Shown here one piece after another: positions 1 through 9,217 of a stretch of DNA of 64,000 nucleotides. Under the pieces are notes generated by a model, which was not told the origin of the DNA, did not search any database, and saw nothing but the letters and a program-made list of their open reading frames with translations. Position 1 is the first letter of the stretch; each line of letters opens with the position of its first letter. The position numbers and the translations under genes are program-made. Location: the NCBI GenBank assembly GCA_030536255.1, contig JAUNQI010000008.1:11453-75452 (forward strand). Reading direction: 5' to 3'. This stretch comes from Eubacteriales bacterium (GTDB taxonomy: Bacteria > Bacillota > Clostridia > Oscillospirales > Oscillospiraceae).

Positions 1-815
1 GAGACAGCCTCGTGAGAAGGCGGGCTCTCGGGGCGGACGTAAGAGTGGTTTATTCCCCCATTGATGCAATCGAGCTCGCAAAACAGAACCCGGAGAGAGA
101 AGTTGTGTTTTTAGGAGTCGGATTTGAGACGACCGCTCCCGGCACGGCTGCGGCAGTGCTGTCGGCCTGCGATGAGCAGATACGGAATTTTTCCGTGTTG
201 TCGCTGCTGAAGTCTGTTGAACCGGCGCTCAGAAGCCTGATCTCTTCGGAAGGCTTTTCTGTTAACGGTTTTCTCTGCCCCGGGCATGTGGCAGCGATCA
301 TCGGGGAAAAAGGCTTCGGATTTCTCTCCGAAGAGTATCATATTCCCGCCGTGATTGCAGGCTTTGAGGCTGAGGATATTCTCGCTGCGATATATCGCCT
401 GCTGAAGCAAATCGCGGAAAACAAAGGGAAACTGGAAAATGAGTATAAAAGAGTGGTTTCGGAAAACGGAAACCGGGCTGCTCAATCAGCGATAGAAAAG
501 TGCTTTGTTCTGCGTGGAGATGACTGGCGGGGGCTGGGAACTATTCCTGACTCAGGCTTTAGCATCATTCCCGAATTGCGGGAATATGACGCGGAATACA
601 AATTCAGGTTGGAAAAATCAGCTGACGGAAGGAACCGGGAAACAGGCTCCGGATGCAGATGCGGAGACGTCATTACCGGAAAGGCGGAGCCGGCGGAGTG
701 CCCGTTCTTCGGGAAAAGGTGCGTTCCGGAGGATCCGGTCGGCCCGTGCATGGTTTCCGGCGAAGGAGCCTGTGCCGCGGCGTATAAATATATGGATATA
801 AAATGGATGAAATAA
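1..815 (+). CDS. hypD: HypD, [NiFe]-hydrogenase maturation protein (5' end outside window)
   Basis: The reading frame is open to the window edge. GFETTAPG, CPGHV and C-terminal PCMVSGEGACAAAY motifs are present. hypE follows directly with a 13-nt overlap. Confidence 0.9.
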   Translation, partial: DSLVRRRALGADVRVVYSPIDAIELAKQNPEREVVFLGVGFETTAPGTAAAVLSACDEQIRNFSVLSLLKSVEPALRSLISSEGFSVNGFLCPGHVAAIIGEKGFGFLSEEYHIPAVIAGFEAEDILAAIYRLLKQIAENKGKLENEYKRVVSENGNRAAQSAIEKCFVLRGDDWRGLGTIPDSGFSIIPELREYDAEYKFRLEKSADGRNRETGSGCRCGDVITGKAEPAECPFFGKRCVPEDPVGPCMVSGEGACAAAYKYMDIKWMK

Positions 816-1810
816 TTACATTGGACTATGGCAGCGGAGGGAAAAAGACCTCCGGTCTGATTGAGAAAATGATCCTGCCGGCATGGAAGAATCCGGCTTT
901 ATCTGAGCTCGGAGACGGAGCGGTCCTGAAAGGCGCTCCGGAGATCGTTTTTTCAACGGATAGCTTTGTTGTTGACCCGCTCTTTTTCCCGGGCGGGGAT
1001 ATCGGGAAGCTTGCCGTCTGCGGTACCCTGAATGACGTGGCTATGTGCGGCGGCATTCCGAAGTATCTGAGCTGCTCTTTTATTATCGAGGAAGGGCTCC
1101 GGGCGGAAGAGCTTGAGAAAATTATTGCCTCAATGAAAAAAGCGGCCGGTTCCGCCGGTGTTCAGATCGTTACCGGGGATACAAAGGTCGTGGAAAAGGG
1201 ACGCGGAGACGGTATTTATATCAACACCTCCGGAATCGGCTTTCTGAAACATCCGGGACTGTCTCCCGGAAATATCCGGCCCGGTGACGCGGTTATCGTG
1301 TCGGGAACGGTCGGAGACCACGGGACGGCGGTAATGCTTGCCAGAAACGGAATGCTTCAGAGTGAGCTGAAGTCAGACTGCGCTGACCTGAGCGGACTTG
1401 CGGATCTCGTCCTTTCCTCTGCCGGCGGACCCGGAAAGATCCGGGTGCTGAGAGACCCAACCAGAGGCGGAGCAGCAACGACGCTGAACGAGTTTATTGA
1501 AAATACCGGCTTGTGTATTGAGCTGGACGAAAACCGGATCCCGGTACGGAGCGAGGTGTTTGCCGCCTGCGAGATCCTCGGGCTTGATCCGCTGTACTGC
1601 GCGAATGAAGGGAAAATGATCTGTATTTGTTCGTTGGATGCGGCCGACAAAACTGTTGAGATCATGCGCGGTACAAAGGAAGGCGAAAACGCAGCGATCA
1701 TCGGTACGGTTTCCGAAAAATATCCGGGCAGCGTGGTTATGAAAACAGCGGCCGGGGGAAGCAGGATCCTCAGAAAGCTTACAGGAGCTCAGCTGCCGAG
1801 AATATGCTGA
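803..1810 (+). CDS. hypE: HypE, [NiFe]-hydrogenase maturation protein (AIR-synthase-like)
   Basis: It has a PurM-like fold signature (DSFVVDPLFFPGGDIGKLAVCGTLNDVAMCGG). The C-terminus ends PRIC, the HypE terminal cysteine motif. Confidence 0.92.
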   Translation: MDEIITLDYGSGGKKTSGLIEKMILPAWKNPALSELGDGAVLKGAPEIVFSTDSFVVDPLFFPGGDIGKLAVCGTLNDVAMCGGIPKYLSCSFIIEEGLRAEELEKIIASMKKAAGSAGVQIVTGDTKVVEKGRGDGIYINTSGIGFLKHPGLSPGNIRPGDAVIVSGTVGDHGTAVMLARNGMLQSELKSDCADLSGLADLVLSSAGGPGKIRVLRDPTRGGAATTLNEFIENTGLCIELDENRIPVRSEVFAACEILGLDPLYCANEGKMICICSLDAADKTVEIMRGTKEGENAAIIGTVSEKYPGSVVMKTAAGGSRILRKLTGAQLPRIC

Positions 1811-1855
1811 TCAGGCAGCTTTTACCGAGATATACAGTAAAAAGGAGTGGAATGA

Positions 1856-2269
1856 ATGCAGGACTATAAAGTTATCGGCATGAAAAAGGATGAGATCATT
1901 CCGATTGCCCAAAAGATGCGCAATGACGGAATATATCTTGTTATGATCCATGGTTACATGGATAAGAATGATGTTCCAGTCATTCGGTACGACTATGCGG
2001 TCGGTTCAACGGTGGAATCCTACAGCGTTGAAGGGGAAACCGTTCTTCCGACGATAAGCCATATCTATGATACCGCGGCGGAGTGGCCGGAACGCGAGCT
2101 GAATGAGCTTTTCGGGTGGACTTTTGAGGGTCTGGATGTTTCAAAGAGACTGTTTCTGCCGGAGGATATGCTTGAAACAGAGGGAAAAGGCCAGATCATG
2201 GTAAAGCCGCTGGAGGAGCTTCGGAAACTGAATGAGGTCTGCACTGAAAAAAAGGAGGGCTTGGAATAA
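1856..2269 (+). CDS. mbhK: NuoC-like (30 kDa-type) subunit of group 4 membrane-bound [NiFe] hydrogenase (MbhK-like)
   Basis: It carries the WPERELNELFG motif typical of the NuoC/HycE-N family. It sits immediately upstream of the large subunit with no gap. Confidence 0.7.
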   Translation: MQDYKVIGMKKDEIIPIAQKMRNDGIYLVMIHGYMDKNDVPVIRYDYAVGSTVESYSVEGETVLPTISHIYDTAAEWPERELNELFGWTFEGLDVSKRLFLPEDMLETEGKGQIMVKPLEELRKLNEVCTEKKEGLE

Positions 2270-3352
2270 ATGAGTTATATCGTTCCGATCGGTCCGTATC
2301 ATCCGGCTCTTGAGGAACCGATTCACGCCACTCTGTATACCGAGGGCGAGGTCATTAAAGATGCGGATGTTTATGTAGGATATAATCACAGAGGTATAGA
2401 AAAGCTTGCCACAACAAAGAATGCGATTCAGACGCTTGTTCTTGTGGAGAGAGTATGCGGGATCTGCTCCCACTCTCATGCTTTTACCTATGCTATGTGC
2501 GTGGAGAAGATCAACGGCATTGAGGTTCCGAAACGCGGCCAGTATATCCGCGTTGTCACTGCAGAGCTGGAGCGCCTTCATTCCCATCTTCTCTGGGCGG
2601 GTATCGCCTGCCATATTATCGGGCATGATTCCATGTTTATGCATATCTGGGATGTACGGGAGACCGTAATGGATCTGCTGGAAAAACTGAGCGGAAACCG
2701 CGTCAATTATGCAATGGTAACGATCGGCGGCTCCCGCAGAGACATCGATGACGATCTCCGGAAGGAGATCCTTGCCGGATGCAAAAAAATGAAGACTGCC
2801 CTTGACAGGATCGTGGACATGGTGGTCAATGACAGGACCATTGCGATGCGGACGAAGGGGGTCGGCGTTCTGCCCTATGAAGACGCGATCCGGATGGGAG
2901 CCGTCGGACCTCATGCAAGAGCATCCGGCGTGAAGATCGATGTGAGAAAAGACGCGCCGTATTCTTCCTATGAGGATTTTGATTTTGACATTCCTATGGT
3001 GGAAAGCGGAGATGTCTACGCCAGGATCGTTGTCCGGGCGCTTGAATGCTATGAGAGCATTAAAATAATCCGTCAGGCGCTGAAGAATCTCCCGGAGGGA
3101 CCGATCAATTTAGGAAACAAGCTGGTAAAGATCCAGGAAGGACAGGCTGTTTGTCGGCACGAAGCCCCGAGAGGACAGCTTTCCCATATGGTCGTCGGAA
3201 CGGGCGCTTTCGAGAATCATCGCGTTTCCGTTCATGTTCCGAGCTATAAAAATACGCCGACCATTCCTTTCATGCTCAGAAACAATACCGTTGCCGATGC
3301 CGGGCTGATTATCGCAAGTATCGACCCGTGCTTCAGCTGCCTTGACAGATAA
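2270..3352 (+). CDS. mbhL: Group 4 [NiFe]-hydrogenase large (catalytic, NuoD-like) subunit
   Basis: The N-terminal Ni-binding motif is RVCGICSHSH and the C-terminal motif is DPCFSCLDR. Length is 360 aa, comparable to EchE/CooH/MbhL. Confidence 0.9.
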   Translation: MSYIVPIGPYHPALEEPIHATLYTEGEVIKDADVYVGYNHRGIEKLATTKNAIQTLVLVERVCGICSHSHAFTYAMCVEKINGIEVPKRGQYIRVVTAELERLHSHLLWAGIACHIIGHDSMFMHIWDVRETVMDLLEKLSGNRVNYAMVTIGGSRRDIDDDLRKEILAGCKKMKTALDRIVDMVVNDRTIAMRTKGVGVLPYEDAIRMGAVGPHARASGVKIDVRKDAPYSSYEDFDFDIPMVESGDVYARIVVRALECYESIKIIRQALKNLPEGPINLGNKLVKIQEGQAVCRHEAPRGQLSHMVVGTGAFENHRVSVHVPSYKNTPTIPFMLRNNTVADAGLIIASIDPCFSCLDR

Positions 3353-3354
3353 GA

Positions 3355-3696
3355 ATGCATGAGCTGGCGATCGCCGAGGGCATTATCGGAATCGTAAAGT
3401 CTGAAGCACAGAAAAACGGATTCAGCAGAGTTCTGGAAATTAACCTGATGATCGGCGAATATTCCGGAATCGTCCCGGAATACATTACGGAATTGTTCCC
3501 GACTGCGGCAAAAGGTACTGCTGCGGAGGGTGCCGCCGTTATGTGCTCTGTGGTTCCGGCCGAATTTGAGTGCAGAAGCTGTCGGTATTCCGGCCCTGTT
3601 GACAGAAAAAAAGCATGCTGCCCGGTCTGCGGGAGCGAAGACCTGAAAATGACCGTCGGCAGAGATTTATATGTAGATAGTATGAAGGTGGAGTAG
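3355..3696 (+). CDS. hypA: HypA, hydrogenase nickel-insertion metallochaperone
   Basis: It has the MHELAI N-terminus (Ni site) and two CxxC pairs (CRSC, CPVC) forming the Zn site. Length is 113 aa. Confidence 0.88.
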   Translation: MHELAIAEGIIGIVKSEAQKNGFSRVLEINLMIGEYSGIVPEYITELFPTAAKGTAAEGAAVMCSVVPAEFECRSCRYSGPVDRKKACCPVCGSEDLKMTVGRDLYVDSMKVE

Positions 3697-3762
3697 GAGC
3701 CTTCCTGCTTTGCCGGAAACAGTATTTCCGCTATAACTTATAACGAAAGGGGAAATGATCTT

Positions 3763-4281
3763 TTGCGTAAGACACAGTTTTCCGCGGTTCTTTCAACATT
3801 TATCCTTTGCATGGCTGTCTGGATCCTCCTTACATGGAGCTTTGAGATCCAGGAGCTGGCGGCAGGCGTGATCGTCAGTCTGGGAACAGCGCTTTTCTCA
3901 TCGAGATTTTTCATTCATGATAATGCTTTCCGGTTCTTAAATCCGCTGAACCTGATAAAGCTGGTGCTGTTCGGCTTCGTCCTGCTGAAAGAGATCATCA
4001 AAGCAAACTGCAGCATGGCGGCCAGAGTCCTCGGAGGCTGCAAAAACGTGAATCCCGGAATCGTCAGGATCCCGACGGATATGAAGAGCGATTACGGTCT
4101 TTGTCTTCTGGCAAACTGTATTACGCTTACTCCCGGAACGATCACAATGGATGTCGCGGAAGAAGACGGACAGAATTATTATTACGTTCACTGGATTGAT
4201 GTTACGGAGACGGACAGAAAAGCTGCCGGAGATGTGATCAAAAGCAAGCTTGAAAAAGGTGCAAGGAGGGTTTTTGACTGA
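3763..4281 (+). CDS. mbhA: MrpE/MnhE-like antiporter-module subunit (MbhA-like)
   Basis: It has the ANCITLTPGTITMDV...VHWIDV signature of the MnhE family. A TTG start lies about 9 nt after AAAGGGGA. It is a membrane protein. Confidence 0.72.
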   Translation: MRKTQFSAVLSTFILCMAVWILLTWSFEIQELAAGVIVSLGTALFSSRFFIHDNAFRFLNPLNLIKLVLFGFVLLKEIIKANCSMAARVLGGCKNVNPGIVRIPTDMKSDYGLCLLANCITLTPGTITMDVAEEDGQNYYYVHWIDVTETDRKAAGDVIKSKLEKGARRVFD

Positions 4282-4535
4282 TGGTTGAACTTGTTATCGG
4301 AGCGGCATTTTTCGGCCTGCTTGCATTGAGCCTGGTGTACCGGATTGCAAAGGGACCGACTTCCGGAGACCGGATGATGGCGGTCGACGCATGCGATAAT
4401 CTCCTTTGCTGTGCGATGATCCTGTTTTCAATGTACACCCACCGCGGAATATATCTGGATATTTCCATTATAGGCGCGGTCCTCGGAATAATAGATACGA
4501 TGCTTGTCGGCAGGTATCTGGAAGGGAGTCTGTGA
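4281..4535 (+). CDS. mbhB: MrpF/MnhF-like subunit (MbhB-like)
   Basis: It carries the RIAKGPTSGDRMMAVD motif of the MnhF family. It is an 84-aa protein with 3 TM segments, and its start overlaps the upstream stop (TGATG). Confidence 0.75.
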   Translation: MVELVIGAAFFGLLALSLVYRIAKGPTSGDRMMAVDACDNLLCCAMILFSMYTHRGIYLDISIIGAVLGIIDTMLVGRYLEGSL

Positions 4536-4538
4536 GCT

Positions 4539-4889
4539 GTGGTTGTCAGAATAATTATCGACGTTTTTATTGTTATCGGAGCTTTCTTCGCTCTGGTCGG
4601 GACCATCGGCGTTCTGAAGATGCCGGATACGGTTTGCCGCATGCAGGCTGCAACCTGTATTCCGACGCTCGGCGTGATCTGCGTTTCCATAGGGGCGATC
4701 CTGTATGCTTCCTTTGTTCTTCATTCCGCGGAGAATGCGATCAAAATTGCGGTTATTGCAATCATGATCGTTGTAACAAACCCCGTAGGATCTCATGCGA
4801 TTGCCCGCGGCGCATACAGGGCGGATCTTCGCATGGATAAGAATTATAAGGTAGAGCCGGATGACTACGGGAGGGATTTCTATGAGTAA
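4539..4889 (+). CDS. mbhC: MrpG/MnhG-like subunit (MbhC-like)
   Basis: It carries the GTIGVLKMPDTVCRMQAATCIPTLG motif of the MnhG family. Confidence 0.75.
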   Translation: MVVRIIIDVFIVIGAFFALVGTIGVLKMPDTVCRMQAATCIPTLGVICVSIGAILYASFVLHSAENAIKIAVIAIMIVVTNPVGSHAIARGAYRADLRMDKNYKVEPDDYGRDFYE

Positions 4890-5136
4890 TATTGCCGTTA
4901 TCCTGAATGTGGCCTGTGTTCTCGGAATGTGCATTACGGGGATTCTGGCTTCTCAGCTGGAAAATCTCCTTTCCTCAACGATAGCGATTACTGCAACCGG
5001 AATATTTGCCGCGGCGGAATTCCTGGTCCTTCAGGCTCCGGACGTTGCTATTTCCGAGGCGGCGGTCGGCGCAGCGCTTGTTCCTCTGATATTCATCGTT
5101 ACGATCAAGAAGATCAGAAGGGGGGACCGCAAGTGA
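4882..5136 (+). CDS. mbhD: DUF4040 / MrpB-N-like subunit (MbhD-like)
   Basis: It carries the LQAPDVAISEAAVGAAL motif. I preferred the ATG at 4882 because GGGAGG lies 7 nt upstream and it forms an ATGAGTAA overlap with the mbhC stop. The ORF track starts at 4861. Confidence 0.68.
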   Translation: MSNIAVILNVACVLGMCITGILASQLENLLSSTIAITATGIFAAAEFLVLQAPDVAISEAAVGAALVPLIFIVTIKKIRRGDRK

Positions 5137-5486
5137 AAAAATTCCTGGCAATCTTCTGTACGGGATGCATTATCCTGTGCTGCATCTATGCGGCAGTCGA
5201 TCTGGGAAAGATGGACCGTACATATGATCCTTCCAGGGTTACCACCCCGGTGTATGAGCTGCAGCAGGATCCGGACTCGTTTGACGATTCCAAAGCCGAC
5301 GGCGCGGCGGCGGCAATCGTTCAGCAAAACCTTTCAAAAACGCATACGTTAAATGATGTTACTTCGATCGTCTTTGATTTCAGAGGCTATGACACGATGG
5401 GCGAGGCATTTATTCTTGTTACGGCTGTAGCCGGATCCGCGGTGATCCTCTCTATGGGGAAGAAAAAGGAGGATGGGGATGAATAA
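5133..5486 (+). CDS. mbhE: MbhE-like small membrane subunit
   Basis: It carries the VTSIVFDFRGYDTMGEAFILVTAV motif. A GTG start at 5133 overlaps the mbhD stop. The longer track ORF (4929) is an in-frame upstream extension that lies inside mbhD. Confidence 0.62.
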   Translation: MKKFLAIFCTGCIILCCIYAAVDLGKMDRTYDPSRVTTPVYELQQDPDSFDDSKADGAAAAIVQQNLSKTHTLNDVTSIVFDFRGYDTMGEAFILVTAVAGSAVILSMGKKKEDGDE

Positions 5487-5934
5487 TATACAGAAAAAAT
5501 ATGTTATTACTACCTGTACCTGCGACTTTATTATGCCCTTCGCTCTCGTTTATCTGTTCTATATCATCCTTCACGGGCACCTTACTCCGGGCGGAGGCTT
5601 TCAGGGCGGAGTTCTGATGGTTGCTGTCTATACGCTGATCTATCTGGGATACGGATATCAGGATACCGCAGTGGCTCTTCGCATGGATAAGCTACATCAC
5701 ATTGAAGGCTGGGCTTCCATTGTATATGTTCTTGTCGCGATGCTCGGTATCGCATTTGCGGGTAATTTCTGCCAGAATATCCTGTTTTCCGAAGGAGATA
5801 TCGGAGAGCTCTGGTCATCCGGCACGATCTTCCTGATGAATGCTGCGGTAGGCGCGAAGGTCGTTACCGGAGTCGGGATGCTTGCGCTGTCAATGCTCGC
5901 GGTGCTGAACATGACCAACAAAGACTTTAAGTGA
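5479..5934 (+). CDS. mbhF: MnhB-domain subunit (MbhF-like)
   Basis: It carries the GHLTPGGGFQGG motif of the MnhB family. The ATG at 5479 is preferred because AAGGAGG lies 6 nt upstream. Confidence 0.75.
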   Translation: MNNIQKKYVITTCTCDFIMPFALVYLFYIILHGHLTPGGGFQGGVLMVAVYTLIYLGYGYQDTAVALRMDKLHHIEGWASIVYVLVAMLGIAFAGNFCQNILFSEGDIGELWSSGTIFLMNAAVGAKVVTGVGMLALSMLAVLNMTNKDFK

Positions 5935-5941
5935 GGTGCGT

Positions 5942-6295
5942 ATGATGATCACATTCAACTATATTGCATCCTTTTTCCTTATTGCTCTTGGCTTTTATAC
6001 GATCGTAACACAGCATAATATTGTGAAAAGCGTGATTGGTCTTTCCATAGCGGACTACGGAGTGAACCTTCTGATTATTTCCATCGGATATGTTCCGGGC
6101 GGAACAGCCCCGATCTTTACTCCCGGAGAGCTGACGCAGGCATCCGCGTTTGTGGATCCGATCCCTCAGGCTCTTACGCTTACCTCTATCGTCATCGGGG
6201 CCTGCGTTACCGCGATGTCCATGTCGCTTGTTATGAAGCTCTATGACAGCTACGGCACGTTGGATACCGGAGAGATAAGGAGGCTGCGCGGATGA
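5942..6295 (+). CDS. mbhG: MnhC/NuoK-like subunit (MbhG-like)
   Basis: It is a 3-TM protein of about 117 aa in the position and size of MrpC/NuoK. Its stop overlaps the mbhH start. Confidence 0.68.
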   Translation: MMITFNYIASFFLIALGFYTIVTQHNIVKSVIGLSIADYGVNLLIISIGYVPGGTAPIFTPGELTQASAFVDPIPQALTLTSIVIGACVTAMSMSLVMKLYDSYGTLDTGEIRRLRG

Positions 6296-8220
6296 CTGAC
6301 TTCCTCAATTACCGGCATTTCCCGGTGTATTCTGTTATGGCGCTGTTTCTGGGCGGATTCCTGATCATTGTTCTCGGCAATAAGAAGGTTCTAAGAAACA
6401 TTCTGGCAGTTCTGTCCGTTTCCGTGAGCCTTGCCTGTATGCTTGCTCTGATAAAGCCGGTAATGATCGACGGGGAGATCATTACCTACTGGCTGGGGAA
6501 CAGATCCATTGCCGGAGGATATGCGATCGGCATTGCGCTTGAGGTGGATGCCCTGTCTCTGTTTTTCGGCCTTCTCATTTCAACCGCGGTCTTTGTATCC
6601 TGCATTTACTCCATACAGTATATGGCCAATGACAGGAATGTTTCTCAGTATTATACGCTGTTTCTGATGCTGTCCGGCGGAGTTATCGGTCTGGTATTGT
6701 CCGGAGATATTTTCAATATGTTCATCATGGTTGAGATCCTGACCTTTGCCGCCGTTGCCCTGACGGCATTCCGCAACGAGGCTTTTGGCGCTCTTGAGGC
6801 TGCCTTCAAGTATCTCGTCGTAGGCTGCATGGGTTCGACCTGTATTTTGACGGGAACCATTATGCTGTACGCGCAGGCACATACGCTGAACTTTGCCCAG
6901 CTTTCAGCGCTGATCCCTGGAAACATTACGACCTCCGGAAAGATCGCTTTTGCTTTACTGATCGTCGGATTTGCCACGAAGGCTTTCCTCGTTCCGTTCC
7001 ATCCTCTCGCGGCTGACGCTCACGGCGCGGCTCCCGCTCCGGTTTCCGTTCTTATATCCGGAGTTCTTACCAAAAGCGGAATTTACGGAATCATCCGTCT
7101 GACGTACTTCCTCTTCCAGACAATCTCCCAGAGCTCCTTCCGGCTGCTCCTTGTTACGGTCGGCTCGGTATCCATGTTCGTCTGCGTTACGATGGCGCTT
7201 GCACAGCATGACTTTAAGCGGCTTCTGGCTTTTCACTCGATCTCTCAGATCGGCTACGTGCTTACGGCCGTGGGCCTTTGCTCGGCACTCGGCTTTTCGG
7301 CCGGAATTTATCACGCGATGAACCATACGCTTTTTAAAGGTCTGCTGTTCCTTACGGCCGGCGCGGTGCTTCACGAAACCGGAACGACAAATCTTGATGA
7401 CCTGGGCGGCCTGAGCAAAAAAATGCCTTTTACTACGGCGCTGTTCCTGATCGGTGCCTTTTCCATCAGCGGCATCCCCCCGTTTAACGGATTTGCTTCG
7501 AAATGGATGATCTATCAGGCATGCTATCAGAAGGCAGTTGAAACCGGTCATTTCGGTTATCTCCTTGTAACGATTATTTGTCTGGTAACCTCGATCCTTA
7601 CGCTTGCATCCTTCGTAAAGGTAAGCCAGTCCGTATTTTTCGGCAGGCTGCCGGAGAAATATGAAGGGGTGAAGGAAGTCCCCTTCGGTATGCGCTTCGC
7701 AATGGGAATTTTTGCTGTGCTCTGCATCGTTACAGGCCTTTTCCCGGATCTTGTAGGGAAATACCTTACTCATCCCGCTTCCGCCGCGGCATTTAATGCC
7801 AACGCGTATATCGATGCGGCCTTCGGAGAAGGTTACGCCTCTTCTATGCTCGGCCCCTTTGCTTCTGCGGCACAGGATGTCGTTTTTGATACGGCCGGAG
7901 TATGGAGTCCGGTCTCCTGGCTGATCCTGATGATGATCGCGCTGATCGCTGTTACGATCGCAGCGGTTTCCGGTAAATATGAAAAATGCTCTGCAGCTCC
8001 CGAAGAGGTAACGGATCCAAAGCATGAGCTGTTCTTCGGCGGCGAAAAGAACCGCTTCAGCCAGGTGGGCGGATCTGATCTGTTCTGGGGATTCAAGTAT
8101 AACTGGAGACATTATTTCAGCGGAATGCATGATCTGCACAGCGGAGTGCTGAATGACTATGCTCTGTGGGCGGTTGTAGCTCTGGCACTGGCAATGTTTT
8201 TCATGCTGATAGTTCTGTAA
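6292..8220 (+). CDS. mbhH: MrpD/NuoL-M-N-like antiporter subunit (MbhH-like) with a C-terminal extension of about 130 aa
   Basis: It carries FATKAFLVPFHPLAADAHGAAPAPVSVLISGVLTKSGIYGIIRL, typical of proton-pumping antiporter-like subunits. It has many TM helices, and AAGGAGG lies 7 nt before the ATG. Confidence 0.85.
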   Translation: MTDFLNYRHFPVYSVMALFLGGFLIIVLGNKKVLRNILAVLSVSVSLACMLALIKPVMIDGEIITYWLGNRSIAGGYAIGIALEVDALSLFFGLLISTAVFVSCIYSIQYMANDRNVSQYYTLFLMLSGGVIGLVLSGDIFNMFIMVEILTFAAVALTAFRNEAFGALEAAFKYLVVGCMGSTCILTGTIMLYAQAHTLNFAQLSALIPGNITTSGKIAFALLIVGFATKAFLVPFHPLAADAHGAAPAPVSVLISGVLTKSGIYGIIRLTYFLFQTISQSSFRLLLVTVGSVSMFVCVTMALAQHDFKRLLAFHSISQIGYVLTAVGLCSALGFSAGIYHAMNHTLFKGLLFLTAGAVLHETGTTNLDDLGGLSKKMPFTTALFLIGAFSISGIPPFNGFASKWMIYQACYQKAVETGHFGYLLVTIICLVTSILTLASFVKVSQSVFFGRLPEKYEGVKEVPFGMRFAMGIFAVLCIVTGLFPDLVGKYLTHPASAAAFNANAYIDAAFGEGYASSMLGPFASAAQDVVFDTAGVWSPVSWLILMMIALIAVTIAAVSGKYEKCSAAPEEVTDPKHELFFGGEKNRFSQVGGSDLFWGFKYNWRHYFSGMHDLHSGVLNDYALWAVVALALAMFFMLIVL

Positions 8221-8235
8221 AGAGAGGGTACGAAT

Positions 8236-9207
8236 ATGAGTGTAATAATCAGTACTCTGATGTATCTCGGCTTTATTCTGATATTTCCCGGGTTCCTTTT
8301 CTGCTTTTTCTGCGGAATGCTCCTTTGCGGTATTGAACGCAAGATCGTAGCGAGAATGCAGAAAAGAGTTGGCCCGCCGATCCTTCAGCCCTGGTACGAT
8401 TTCTTCAAGCTCTGCGGAAAGGAAACGATCATCCCGACTGCCGCAAATAAAAAGGTGTTTTTGTTTGCGCCTGTAATCGGACTTGCAGCTCTGGTCGTAA
8501 TTCAGCTGTTTATTCCGGTCTTCGGATTTACCGCTTTTTCCGGGAATGCCGACATTATTGTTATTCTTTACCTTTTGCTGGTTCCGGCGCTGGCGGAAAT
8601 ATTCGGAGCATCGGCAAGCGGCTCCCCGTACGCGGGGATCGGATTAAGCAGAGAGATGGTTACGATCATTTCCTGCGAGCTTCCTCTTGTGCTGGTCCTT
8701 CTTGCTGTCGGAAAGGCTGTAGGTAATGCTGTCGGCACGGGCGTCTGTTTTTCTCTGCAGACGATAGCAGAGTATCAGATCGAGAAGGGCAGCCTGATCA
8801 AACAGTTTTCCATGATTCCTGCAGCAGCTGCTTTCCTTCTCGTTATTCCGGGAGAGATCGGCAGCCATCCTTTTGACACGGCTGAAGCGGAAACCGAGAT
8901 CTGCGAAGGAATGCTTGCGGAATACAGCGGCCCCCCTCTCGCCATTAATAAGCTTTCCCATGCAGTGAAGATGTTTACGATGACGAGTCTGTTCTGCGCA
9001 CTGTTCCTTGGCGGTCTGGGAGTCGGAATTATGACGGTGGATGCGCTGATCGTTCTCGGCCTCAGCATAATCATTACAGTTTGTGTGGTTGCCCTGATCA
9101 ATGCCGCAACTGCAAGACTGAAGATTGAGCAGCTGTTTAAGTATTATTGGACGTTTGTTTCGGGACTTGCCGCACTGAGCCTGATCCTGGCTTGGTTTGG
9201 CCTGTAA
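8236..9207 (+). CDS. mbhM: NuoH/HycD-like membrane subunit (MbhM-like)
   Basis: It carries the ERKIVARMQKRVGPPILQPWYDFFKL motif of the NuoH/HycD family and is polytopic. Confidence 0.82.
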   Translation: MSVIISTLMYLGFILIFPGFLFCFFCGMLLCGIERKIVARMQKRVGPPILQPWYDFFKLCGKETIIPTAANKKVFLFAPVIGLAALVVIQLFIPVFGFTAFSGNADIIVILYLLLVPALAEIFGASASGSPYAGIGLSREMVTIISCELPLVLVLLAVGKAVGNAVGTGVCFSLQTIAEYQIEKGSLIKQFSMIPAAAAFLLVIPGEIGSHPFDTAEAETEICEGMLAEYSGPPLAINKLSHAVKMFTMTSLFCALFLGGLGVGIMTVDALIVLGLSIIITVCVVALINAATARLKIEQLFKYYWTFVSGLAALSLILAWFGL

Positions 9208-9217
9208 AGGAGGAAAG

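Noticed and set aside
4929-5132. Upstream extension of the mbhE ORF (track ORF 4929-5486)
   Set aside because: The extension lies entirely inside mbhD in another frame and translates to Gly/Arg-rich nonsense. A GTG at 5133 overlapping the mbhD stop gives a protein that starts with a proper TM helix.
6955-8139. 394-aa ORF on the minus strand inside mbhH
   Set aside because: It is antisense to a gene with unmistakable antiporter-subunit motifs. Its translation is Arg/His/Lys-rich low-information sequence with no recognisable domain. It is a typical shadow ORF.
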